NCBI GenBank assembly: GCA_030390025.1
Contig: CM059431.1
Location: forward strand, 108,378,001 to 108,442,000
Source: Squalus acanthias
Taxonomy: Eukaryota
Reading direction: 5' to 3'
Length of the DNA stretch: 64,000 nucleotides
Shown here: one piece after another, positions 25,341 through 34,825 of the stretch
Numbering within the stretch: position 1 is the first letter of the stretch
How the letters are laid out: every line of letters begins with the position of its first letter
Notes under the pieces: model-generated
The model's database searches: none
What the model was told of the DNA's origin: nothing
Seen by the model: the letters and a program-made list of their open reading frames with translations, nothing else
Translations under genes and position numbers: made by a program

Positions 25341-26354
25341 AAACTATAAGCCAAATCTTTATTAAGAGTATAGACCAAGTTGAATAAAGGTGTACAAAAG
25401 GTTTTGTGGTGGGTTTGAAATAGTTTAGAATTTCCATTCTTTTGTAAGGTCCCTCCTTTCAGATGAGAGACTTCTTTTCATTAGTTGCCCTCAGGATGTG
25501 GGTGATATTGGCAAAGCCTAATTTTATTGACATCCCAGTTGCTCTGGTAACATGGTGGTGGGCCATCTCCATAAACCACGGTCACCCTCGCGCTGATGGT
25601 GCTTCTACGATAGTTTTAGTTAAGGATTTCTAGAATTTTGACCCGGCAAAATATGTCCAATTCAGGAGGTTGTGTGTCTTGGAGGAAAAGTTGTAGGTGA
25701 ACGTATTTCCGTGATGTTATTGCTCTTGTCATTTTAGTGGTAGAGGTCGCAGGGTAGGGGGCTGAGTTGAAATAAGCTTGGCAAATTGCTGCCGTGCACC
25801 CTGTAGGTGGTACATACTGCTGGCACAATACACCTGCGGTGGAGAGGATAATAATGCATTCAGTGGTAGGAGCGACAGCTCTATCCTGGATGGTGTTCAG
25901 CTCTACCTCACCAACACTTCTCTTAAATCTTCCACTGCCTCTGTTTTTTTATTAATTCTTGGGATGTGGGCGTCGCTGGCAAGGCCAGCATTTATGGCCC
26001 ATCCCTATTTGCCCTTGAGAAGGTGGTGGTGAGCCGCCTTCTTGAACTGCTGCAGTCCGTGTGGTGAAGGTACTCCCACAGTGCTGGTAGGGAGGGATTG
26101 CCTGGATTTTGACCCAGCGACGATGAAGGAACAGTGACACATGTCCAAGTCAGGATGGTGTGTGACTTGGAGGGGAACTTGGAGGTGGTGGTGCTCCCAT
26201 GCACCTATTGCCCTTGTCCTTCTAGGTGGTAGAGGTCGCGGGTTTGGGAACTGCTGTCAAAGAAGCCTTGGCGTGTTGCTGCACTACATCCTGTAAATAG
26301 TACACACTGTAGCCACGGTGGAGGGATTGGATGTTTAAGGTAGTGGATGGGTTG

Positions 26355-26699
26355 TGTAAGGGTCACGGACTGGTGCGAGGTGAGGCTTTCGTTGCCTATA
26401 CTATTGCTTGCTCTGGTCTCCGGCCAGACTTTTGCAATAAACACCTGTGAGTGGTTCGACCCACTCGCCCTTACGGTTCTGACACCTGGACTTAGATGCA
26501 AGGAGCAGTAATGCAGAGAAAAGACTCAAATAGACCTGGTTGAATAGCACGAAATGAATGTCTTTATTGCATGGCGTCTAAAATCATGAAATACATGTCA
26601 TAGGCGCAGATCAAAGAGAGTACCAGTATACACACGTTCATAAAACTTGGTCTATGGAAATGGGGAACACACGACACATCGAAAAATGGGGAACACATT
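26355..26699 (-). repeat. 3' LTR (only distal R-U5 matches the 5' LTR)
   Basis: Matches 31566-31910 with about 10 substitutions by eye. Minus-strand AATAAA at ~26563-26568. Confidence 0.9.
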
Positions 26700-26990
26700 C
26701 TATGGCCCCCACGACACATGTAGTCCTCATTTCCCAGAAAAATCACACTGTGTTTATCTTGGACGATCATAGGCAGCATTGCCTTTAACTTACACTGCGT
26801 ATTCGCCTTCCAGGTGCAAGAGGCCGATGCCGCTTGCACTACCTGTACACGCATGTTTTATTATAAAAGAAAAACAATTAAACTGACTGTTTTAAAAATA
26901 CAACAGTTCCAAACTTAGTCACAAATGCTTATAACTACAACAATTGCAAAGCACACACGGTAAAATGGGGGGGGGCGTTATCCTGGCAGC

Positions 26991-28385
26991 TTACGCGGTA
27001 CTTTCCTCGTTCACGCGCACGTAACATTCTCTCCACTCCCCTGTGTTCTCCTGCCTCGTGAGGCGTTTGCCCCTTTTGCAGTGCACGAACAACAGGTACA
27101 CTACAATTGCAACTTGACATACTACCAAAATGTGGGAGGCTATCCTGATCCATGACGGGACCTCAATATTAGTGAACAGATCCCACCACGGTGGGGTTAC
27201 TATGTCCAATATCTCTGCCCCTATCTCTACGGTCTTCTGTTCCAGGGTGTAAAAATGTTTCTGTGATACCATGACGGCTTTTAAAATCTTGGTGAGGTGT
27301 TCAGGGAGTGGGGGAATGATGTACCCGAAATGTGCGACGAATCGCTGCAAGTCTGTGAAATTCTCTTTATTAAAAGCAGTGAACACATCGTTCACAGCAC
27401 CCCTTCTTTGTCTCCCCACCTGACCCAAAACTTCGTGTGGTGTGGTGTATAGGCTTGTTTTGTCAACCTCTGCAAAATCAAACTCATAAAACTGCCTGAA
27501 CATGTTTGTTAACAGGACCTGGTACAATTTTTCCGTTTCTTTGGGGCACCATTCTAGCAAATGCACCTCAGTGAGATTTAGAATCACCGAGGCCACCGCG
27601 TAATGTAGCCCCTGATACAGTATCTGATCTGTTGGTACCAGACCATTCCCGGGCCCCTTAGTGGTTTTAGAGCACCCTTCCTTCTGAGCCAATGCTACCG
27701 GAATCGTGGGCGGGGGCTTGCGTGGGCGCGTGATGAGTTCAGTGGCGTTTACCGGGATCGGGGAGAATGGGGCTCCGCACCCCCGGGTGCTGACGTCCCA
27801 CCTCATCCCTTTCCCGGCATCCTGCCACTGTTGTAGGAAAACTATGGATATACCCTTGGGGCAAACGTACGTCGATCCCCACATACACACATATATTCCC
27901 TCATCCGGTTCCCACCATTTGTCCCAACAGACTCTCACTTGTCCGTTAGTCCCCGTAATTGTCCGATGGGTATTGTTATCCAATTGCTCCCACTCGACCG
28001 AGGAATTTCTCATAGTCTTGCTTAACTTCCGTAACCACCACCATCGGCCCAATGGGACGTTCCCATTGCACACCAAACAAATCCTTTTGCCGATGGTGAC
28101 GCTGATTCTGGGTGCAACGATCCTCACCCTGGGACACAGTAAAGAAGTCTCTTTGTACGCAAACCTGGACGCGCTGGAGTATTCCGTCGAATTCGTTCCC
28201 AGCCATCCCGGCCACCTTCCCTTGTGGAAATAAGTGGCGGTTTCCTCAGCCTTTCGCTCCCCGGTCCCATCCGTCGCGATGGGGGCCATGTCCCCGGAGC
28301 AACCGAACACAACGACATCCTTGGTGAGGCCCCGATAGGCCAATCCATATCCGATCGTTGCGAGCACCACCAGAATCCTTTCCAT
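26991..28385 (-). CDS. env: Env-like glycoprotein, 464 aa (signal peptide, Ig-like domain, F2-like segment, RQRR furin site, TM)
   Basis: Uninterrupted ORF with hydrophobic N-terminus, C106..W117..DEGIYVC167, six N-X-S/T sequons, RQRR|GAV at aa 325-331 and a TM segment at aa ~413-435. Splice-acceptor-like TTTTATCTGATCACAG just upstream (AG at 28399-28398). Confidence 0.8.
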   Translation of the reverse strand: MERILVVLATIGYGLAYRGLTKDVVVFGCSGDMAPIATDGTGERKAEETATYFHKGRWPGWLGTNSTEYSSASRFAYKETSLLCPRVRIVAPRISVTIGKRICLVCNGNVPLGRWWWLRKLSKTMRNSSVEWEQLDNNTHRTITGTNGQVRVCWDKWWEPDEGIYVCMWGSTYVCPKGISIVFLQQWQDAGKGMRWDVSTRGCGAPFSPIPVNATELITRPRKPPPTIPVALAQKEGCSKTTKGPGNGLVPTDQILYQGLHYAVASVILNLTEVHLLEWCPKETEKLYQVLLTNMFRQFYEFDFAEVDKTSLYTTPHEVLGQVGRQRRGAVNDVFTAFNKENFTDLQRFVAHFGYIIPPLPEHLTKILKAVMVSQKHFYTLEQKTVEIGAEILDIVTPPWWDLFTNIEVPSWIRIASHILVVCQVAIVVYLLFVHCKRGKRLTRQENTGEWRECYVRVNEESTA

Positions 28386-28657
28386 ATCTCCTGGTTCCTG
28401 TGATCAGATAAAATGATGTAGCCAGCCTCCCAAGAGTCTCTGGCTTTTGTGAAAGGTGAGCGGGTCCCTTGACCTCGTCTCACGTACAAGACATGCATAC
28501 TGGATAGACCTTAACTGTTCCTATCACTAACTCCCATCATTTTACCATTTACCTATGAAATTAAACTACAATCTTAACCTGATATTAAAACACTATAAAC
28601 TTAAACTTATCCTCCTAAAATTACTGTACAGCGCCGCCCGTTCCCAGGGCGGCCTAG

Positions 28658-29767
28658 CTAAATTCTGAGAAGGCTGCCGCGAGCTGTTCCCCGTGGCGGG
28701 GGGGCACTGACCCTTGTCTTTGATCCGCCGCAGCCTGTCGCTGCCGATCGGGGACTGGGACCTCCCTGGGCTGCCTTGGACTTACGCCTGGGGGTGTACG
28801 AGGGATCTGGCCACAACTTCCTGGGCTGGGGTGTCCGACTCGACCTGCGGAGGGCCACCTTGGGCAAGGCCTCCAGGGCCGACGGACCGGGGACCGGGAC
28901 TTCCACCGTCACAGCCTGTGGTCCCACCACAGCCGCCGGCTCTGTCTCCCCTGGCTTCGCCCCCCTGGGCTCGGGATCTGCGGTTTCCGACTCCACCCTA
29001 CTTGTTTCTACAGTAGGTGAATCTCCACCCGTAATCCCTACCTCCCTTATGCTCGGGTCGAGGGCGGAACCTCCGTCCTCCGACCCCACCACCTCTCCGA
29101 CCGGGTCACAAACTTGGTCGAGCCCTCCGGGCTCTTCCTCATCCGTATCCCAAGAAAAAGAAGAGACCCTCCACTTTTGCAGCATATCTTCTCCCCTCAC
29201 ACAGGCTGCTTTACCGGCCTGCGTGACCTGCGGTCCTATTCGGGGCTGAGAGTCCCCACTCGCAGGTCTGGCCCCTCCCCTAAGACAGGCCACCGCCCCT
29301 GCTTGTGCATTCTGTGTAATCTCGCCTGCTGGAGGCTGAAGATTTCTATTCTGTCTTAGTTTGGGCAACTCTGCTACCATGGCTTGCAACTGCGGGGTGG
29401 TGAATTCCCCCGGGGTTGTTGAGCAAACCATCCCTCTGGCTTTGGATAGGGCTTGGGTCAGACCTTTTATCCTTTCCTCACAGGGCCCATGGTTTAAAAC
29501 CTCATACTCCCTACTCCTGGCTACCCTGTAGGCTGCCTTTATGTCTCTAAGCTGCCCTTCTAGCCCGTCTGCTTTCCCCATTAAGCGGGCGTTCTCCTCC
29601 CGTAAGGCCTGCTCTCTAAGCTGCCCTTCTAGCCCGTCTACTTTCCCCATTAAGCGGGCGTTCTCCTCCCGTAAGGCCTGCTCATTTAACCTGGCCTCCT
29701 TACAGGAGGTCTCTTCCTGTGCGTGTCTTTCAAGGGGACACAGGTAGGCAGGCTGCGCCGGTTCCAG
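28658..29767 (-). CDS. Gag-paralogous ORF in the pol position (coiled coil plus acidic/basic low-complexity tail), in frame behind the gag stop
   Basis: Frame is open from the codon after TGA (29770-29768) to 28658, first ATG at 29650. LRDIKAAYRVA...NHGPCEERIKGLTQALSKARGMVC aligns with Gag LRGVRAAYKMA...DHSVCQREIENLREALNKANGLVC. Confidence 0.7.
   Translation of the reverse strand: MEPAQPAYLCPLERHAQEETSCKEARLNEQALREENARLMGKVDGLEGQLREQALREENARLMGKADGLEGQLRDIKAAYRVARSREYEVLNHGPCEERIKGLTQALSKARGMVCSTTPGEFTTPQLQAMVAELPKLRQNRNLQPPAGEITQNAQAGAVACLRGGARPASGDSQPRIGPQVTQAGKAACVRGEDMLQKWRVSSFSWDTDEEEPGGLDQVCDPVGEVVGSEDGGSALDPSIREVGITGGDSPTVETSRVESETADPEPRGAKPGETEPAAVVGPQAVTVEVPVPGPSALEALPKVALRRSSRTPQPRKLWPDPSYTPRRKSKAAQGGPSPRSAATGCGGSKTRVSAPPPRGTARGSLLRI
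29544..29683 (-). repeat. 69-bp in-frame tandem duplication
   Basis: EQALREENARLMGK(V/A)DGLEGQLR twice, one nucleotide mismatch. Confidence 0.9.
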
Positions 29768-31562
29768 TCAGAAGTCTGGGTTATATGGGGCTGTTGCTCC
29801 CTTCCCGTGTGAGGTCATAAGAGACCGCATGGCTCCTAACATCGACTTGATCGCATCGGGATGGATAGGCACACCAGCTCCTCTCTCAGAGACAGGCGTT
29901 TGGGCTCGGACTGCGGGAGTTTTCTCCTTGGAATCCTTCCAGGGATTCCTACAGTTTTTGCGCCAGTGACCTGCCTTCCCGCACCCGTAACAAACACTAC
30001 TGGTTTGTGGGGCACGATTTCCCTCCTGATGCCACTCTTCTGAGCCGGAGCTGCGGGCTTTGCTTCATGCACTTTTCCCTTAAGGGGACGCGCTCCCGTG
30101 CTTCTAGTGTTCCTATACCCTATGGTGAGGTGACTCAGGACCGACTCCTCCGTTGTATCGGGGTTGGTGGGATCAAACCACGCCCTGGTCTGCTCCCTGA
30201 CAGGTGGCAAGCTGTTGGCCACTATGCACCTGAGCCAATGAGCTTTCCCGGCACCGTCCAGGCGGTGGCGCGCTGGTGTACTCAGGCAGCTACGCTGATA
30301 TACTGGCCACAGCCTTTCGGCGAAAACCCGTGGGGGTTCTCCCTCCATCTGCACTGTCTGACCCAGTCTAACGAACGGACCTTCGTCATCCGCCCCTAAC
30401 ACTTCCAGGACCTCGTCCCGTAAATCCTCATAGCCCTTAACTCCCCTCTTGCTCTCGTCGGAGAGACACTGAAGGATTGAGCTATCCAAAGAGAACAGCA
30501 ACATTTTGGTCTTTTCCTCGTCGTCGCAGCCATTAATCGCTGCGGTCTGTTCTACTTCTCTAAAATGCACGGAAGGGTCTCCTGACTCGGACAGCTTCCG
30601 GACATGGCTGATCATTGCCCTCAGCTGTTGTGAGCTGTGGGGCACTACAATTTGGTTTAAGAGGGTCCCGTCTTCCCCATTTTCCCCAGGGCCTCGCTTC
30701 TGTTCTCGGACCGTCACATCGGTGCCGGTCTCGACACTACCTCCGGGGATTGTTCTACCTTGGGAACCTCAATCTCTATTTCCACCGCTTCCTCCCTCAC
30801 CCAGGTTTCCGTATAGCTGGGTGGCGCTGAGGGCTTGGTGGTTGGTACCACACCTGCTTTTCTTGGTAGGGATTTTGGGAATTCCCTACCTACCTGTGGC
30901 TGGCTCGCTGACGGGCTGATGAGACACACCAAGCCATTTGCCTTATTCAGGGCCTCTCTCAGGTTCTCTATCTCCCTCTGGCAAACACTGTGGTCGGCTC
31001 TCTCAGACCTATCCTCGAGAGCCATCTTGTATGCCGCCCTAACTCCCCTCAGACTTTCTTCCTGGGCCTTTATCTGGTTAGCTAGGCGGATACACCGTTC
31101 TTTAATCTTTCCCTCACTCAATTTAGCTTCCGTGACCTGACATTCTAAGTAATCGATCCTAGCCTCGTGGTGGTTGGCTACTATTTGGCGTTCCTGATGC
31201 AACGCATTCAGTGATGCAATCAGTTTCTGTCCTCCCGTAACCTTTTCCTCCATCTCTGTTTCTAACTCTCTGATCTGAGCTGCCTGTGCTGCAATGACCT
31301 GGTCCGAAAGTTGGACTTGCTTTTTGTAGCACATCAGCCAGACCGCTTTCTCTACTGATTTCTTATATTCTCTGCTACCTGTCCACCTGATGGCTGCGTC
31401 TAGCGGACGCCTATCCGTCAGTAGGTCACATATCCACTGTTTGGTCAGGTTTACTTTCCTGAACACATAGTCAGCTACTTTTTCGTCCATTACATTTCGT
31501 TTATTCAAACCTGGGTCTAAGACATTACTCTCTTGCTGCCAGGGTCCTGCTACGGTCGCCAT
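29768..31562 (-). pseudogene. gag: gag with two -1 frameshifts (~30717 and ~30035): coiled coil, capsid, CCHC knuckle
   Basis: ATG at 31562. Capsid-like QMEGEPPRVFAERL in ORF 29836-30717. CYGCGKAGHWRKNC at 29992-29951 in a third frame ending PYNPDF-TGA. Confidence 0.85.
31544..31561 (-). promoter_or_regulatory. Primer-binding site, tRNA-Ser-like
   Basis: TGGCGACCGTAGCAGGAC lies 4 nt after the LTR end and resembles the Ser PBS pattern TGGCG.....GCAGGA. Confidence 0.6.
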
Positions 31563-31565
31563 TTC

Positions 31566-33183
31566 TGTAAGGGTCACGGACTGGTGCGAGGTGAGGCTTT
31601 CATTGCCTATACTATTGCTTGCTCTGGTCTCCGGCCAGACTTTTGCAATAAGCACCTGTGAGTGGTTCGACCCACTCGCCCTTACAGTTCTGACACCTGG
31701 ACTTAGATGCAAGGAGCAGTCATGCAGAGAAAAGACTCAAATAGACCTGGTTGAATAGCACAAAATGAATGTCTTTATTGCATGGCGTCTAAAATCATGA
31801 AATACATGTCATAGGCGCAGATCAAAGAGAGTACCAGTATACTCACATTCATAAAACTTGGTCTATGGAAATGGGGAACACACGACACATCGTAAAAGGG
31901 GGAACATATTATACCTTAACCTTATAAACCACCCTCCCTTAATATACCTAAACTACGTCTGGATTTGTAGGATCGGGAAACATGCTCACCACTCGGCTCA
32001 CTTCGGAAATTTAAAATGAGGCTCTCAGCTCGTTTCGCTGCAGCGCCTGGCTGTCACGTGGCTGTAAGGGTTTCTGCCCCCGACTTGTTTACTCTCGCTG
32101 CCGCGAATGGGTCCACTGGAGACGGCCCCGGTAAAGTTCGTCGCGGATGGCTCAGGCTATCCGCTCAAAGAGCCGGAGGGTAAGCCAGACTCCCTGATGT
32201 TATGAAGTAGTTTGTGGATTCAAACTGGATCATGAAGTAGTTCGTAGAATTCAAAACTGGTGGACTCCGCCGTTTAACTTCGGGCGCGGTCGGGGTTTAC
32301 TGACCGTGGCAGCAAGTGGAATTTCTTCTCGTCTTTCTTCTCGTCACTCGGGCCTTGCTCGGGAACACACTGCTGTGTTGCCCTGATTGGTCCGGACACC
32401 GTTTACCGACGATCGGGGTGGTGTACCCTACTGCCTGCCGTGTCAAGGTGGCTCGTTCCGATTGAACTCCACCCAACACTCGAATAACCGACCAGCACAG
32501 CTCTGCCAAAGGAACCAGCGCAAGAGAAAGAGCGAAGAGTCAAGAGAGCGATGGACATTTGTCCTCTGTAGTTATACTGTTTTGTCGGCCTTATCTCCCG
32601 CTCAAATCTAAATGTTATCCTTTGTATGATTTTGGCGCCCAAAACTCCCAGCATGGGGCGATTATCTTCTTAACGGGTTTTGGTATCACCTGAAACTGGC
32701 CAACTATCCGTTAATGCCTTCTCCATTGTTGGGCCAGCCAGGGCGTGTATGAATCGTCTCCTCGACTGGTTTTGGGGCCCCCCGAATACTGGCTTAATCA
32801 CCCGCCAATGTCTCTCTCATTGCTGAGCCGGGGGGGTATTTGTGTATTGATGTGTCTGGATGGGTTTTCGATGGCCCAGTTCAATGATTCTTACTGTGCG
32901 TATGAAACGATTCAAGCACTTATATCATTGCTATTGTCCAGGATGCAAACGGGTTGCATCCTGCCTTTTCAATTTGTACCAGGTATGATCTCATACTGAA
33001 TGTATATTCAACGCCATCTTGTCTGCCCACTGTGTCTCTGGAAGCTTCTGCCACGATGTGCGGCGGCCATTTTACAGGCTTCTGTACCCTTTATTATCAA
33101 GACAGCATTCCGTTCAATAAAAATGTTCAATTGAACCTGCTTCTCTCATATTATTTGAATCGCGATAATTGCGAAACTCTACA
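31566..33183 (-). repeat. 5' LTR (1618 bp)
   Basis: TGTAGAG...CCCTTACA. YY1-like motifs at ~33012-33073, TATAA at 32576-32572 followed by a pyrimidine-rich initiator-like tract, donor-like TG|GTGAGC at 31989, AATAAA at ~31774-31779. Confidence 0.8.
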
Positions 33184-33379
33184 GTTGCTGATCAAGTGAA
33201 CTGCTTTGTCCTGGACGGTGTTGAGATTCGTGAGTGTTATTGCAGCTGCACCTATTCAGGCAAGTGGAGTGTATTTCATCACACTCCTGACCTGTGCATT
33301 GTAGGTGGTGGACAGGCTTTGGGGATTCATGAGGTTAGCCAATTGCCGCAGAATACCCAGTCTCTGACCTGCTCTAGTT

Positions 33380-33750
33380 GACAGCTTGCTTGTCTGACAT
33401 CCAGTCTTGGATGAGCCGCAACTTTTTCCAGTTAAACATTGGGAAGACTGAAGACATTCTCTTCGACTGAGGCCACTAACTCTGTACCCTTGCCATTGAT
33501 TCCATTCCCCTCCCCGGCTACTGTCTCAGGTTGAAGTCGACTGTTCGCAACCTTGTCGTCCTATTGGAAACAGAGCTGAGGTACCGACCCCACATTCTCA
33601 CCATCACAAAGATTGCCTACGTCCACTTTCATTACACTGCCCATCTCCACCCCTGCATCAGTCCATCTGGTGTTGAAACCCTCATCCGTGTCTTTGTCAC
33701 CTCCAGACTCGACTATTCCGATGTTCTTCTGGCCGCGTTCCCATTCCCCT
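33380..33750 (+). mobile_element. L2-type LINE RT fragment
   Basis: ETLIRVFVTSRLDYSDVLLA in ORF 33531-33800. Confidence 0.75.
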
Positions 33751-34440
33751 CGCCGCCCACATTTTCCAACATTCTCCGTCACGTTCCCACTCAGCTTTAG
33801 TGGGAATGTGTAGGAGAATCCCTGCCCCTTGTTGTCTGTCAGCAACTACAAGCAGTTGACACAACTCTGTAAAGTCTACATGGCAAATTAGAAATGTGGT
33901 ATTATAAAATGTAATCTGTATTCTGCCAAAAACCTCTCCAGTGGCTGGACATTTTCTCAGTTGAACACACAGTTAATAATTAATCCATGCAGAGAATTTG
34001 TGAAGTTACAGCTGCAAGGCATTGACGTGGGAAAAACAGGAAGAATCAGCACAATCAGAGAAGTCTAGCATTTGCAGCCACAGAGGATCAATTATAAGGA
34101 TTAGTTAGTCTTAACACCTGTTCCTCATTCTCTTGTAATTGTATTTATAGGTTTTTTGGTTTGCAGTGATTGTTCATACAGCTGTGGAATCTTGTATTTA
34201 CATTGTAACGTATTTATTTGTTTACTTTTCTCATATACCTTTAAGGATGGTGTATAGTGGCACCCTAAAAACCTGGACTTTATGAAAATAGTGATGTTCC
34301 TATGGATTATCCTTTCTTAAAGCTAGTCCACTGTAGATTGAAAATTACTGGCACCGTTACAATGAGCAAATGCATAAGTTTTGCATTACTGCTGAGCAAT
34401 TATTCACCTTTGACTTAAAACATTTTTTTTGCTACTTATC

Positions 34441-34825
34441 AACAACAACATAGTAAAACGTCCCAAGGCGCTTCACAGGAGCGATTATCAAACAAAATTT
34501 GACACCGAGCCACATAAGGAGATATTAGGGCAGGTCACCAAAAACTTGGTCAAAGAGGTAGGTTTTCAGGAGCACCTTAAAGGAGGAGAGGAAGGTGGAG
34601 AGGTTTAGGGAGGGAATTCCAGAGCTTAGGGCCTTGGCAGCAGAAGGCACGGCCGCCAATGGTGGAACAATGAAAATTGGGGAAGCGCAAGAGGCCAGAA
34701 TTGGAGGAGTGCAGAGATCTCGAGGGTTGTAGGGCTGGAGAAGTTTACAGAGATAGGGACGGTTGAGGCCATGGAGGGATTTGAAAACAAGAATAAGAAT
34801 TTTAAAATCGAGGCATTGCCAGACC
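34441..34825 (-). mobile_element. L2-type LINE 3' end
   Basis: Homologous to 24934-25340. Confidence 0.8.

Larger units (their letters stand above)
26355..33183 (-). mobile_element. Defective endogenous retrovirus-like provirus (lokiretrovirus-like, pol-less)
   Basis: TG...CA termini, 4-bp TSD GTTG (26351-26354, 33184-33187), 345-bp direct repeat, PBS, gag, Gag-paralogous ORF and env-like ORF. Confidence 0.9.
25945..33378 (-). mobile_element. LINE family B 3' portion split by the provirus (25945-26354 and 33184-33378)
   Basis: Both halves are colinear with the reverse complement of ~6730-7338. Confidence 0.8.

Noticed and set aside
26205..26501. 98-aa ORF sharing its N-terminus with ORF 30714-31712
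   Set aside because: The shared peptide is translated U5 of the two LTR copies and continues into flanking LINE sequence.
27027..27041. Purine tract followed by TGTTA as definitive PPT and 3' LTR start
   Set aside because: It lies inside env coding sequence, and the downstream DNA lacks similarity to the 5' LTR. Kept only as an alternative hypothesis.
28124..28498. 124-aa ORF overlapping env start, as an integrase remnant or accessory gene
   Set aside because: No integrase motif recognised, and it is mostly an alternative frame of env.
30030..30770. Programmed -1 frameshifting at the two gag frame changes
   Set aside because: No X-XXY-YYZ slippery heptamer seen in either overlap. Single-base deletions (mutation or sequencing error) are simpler.
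27706..31140. Plus-strand ORFs antisense to env, the Gag paralog and gag
   Set aside because: Expected shadow ORFs in GC-rich coding DNA, with no independent motifs.
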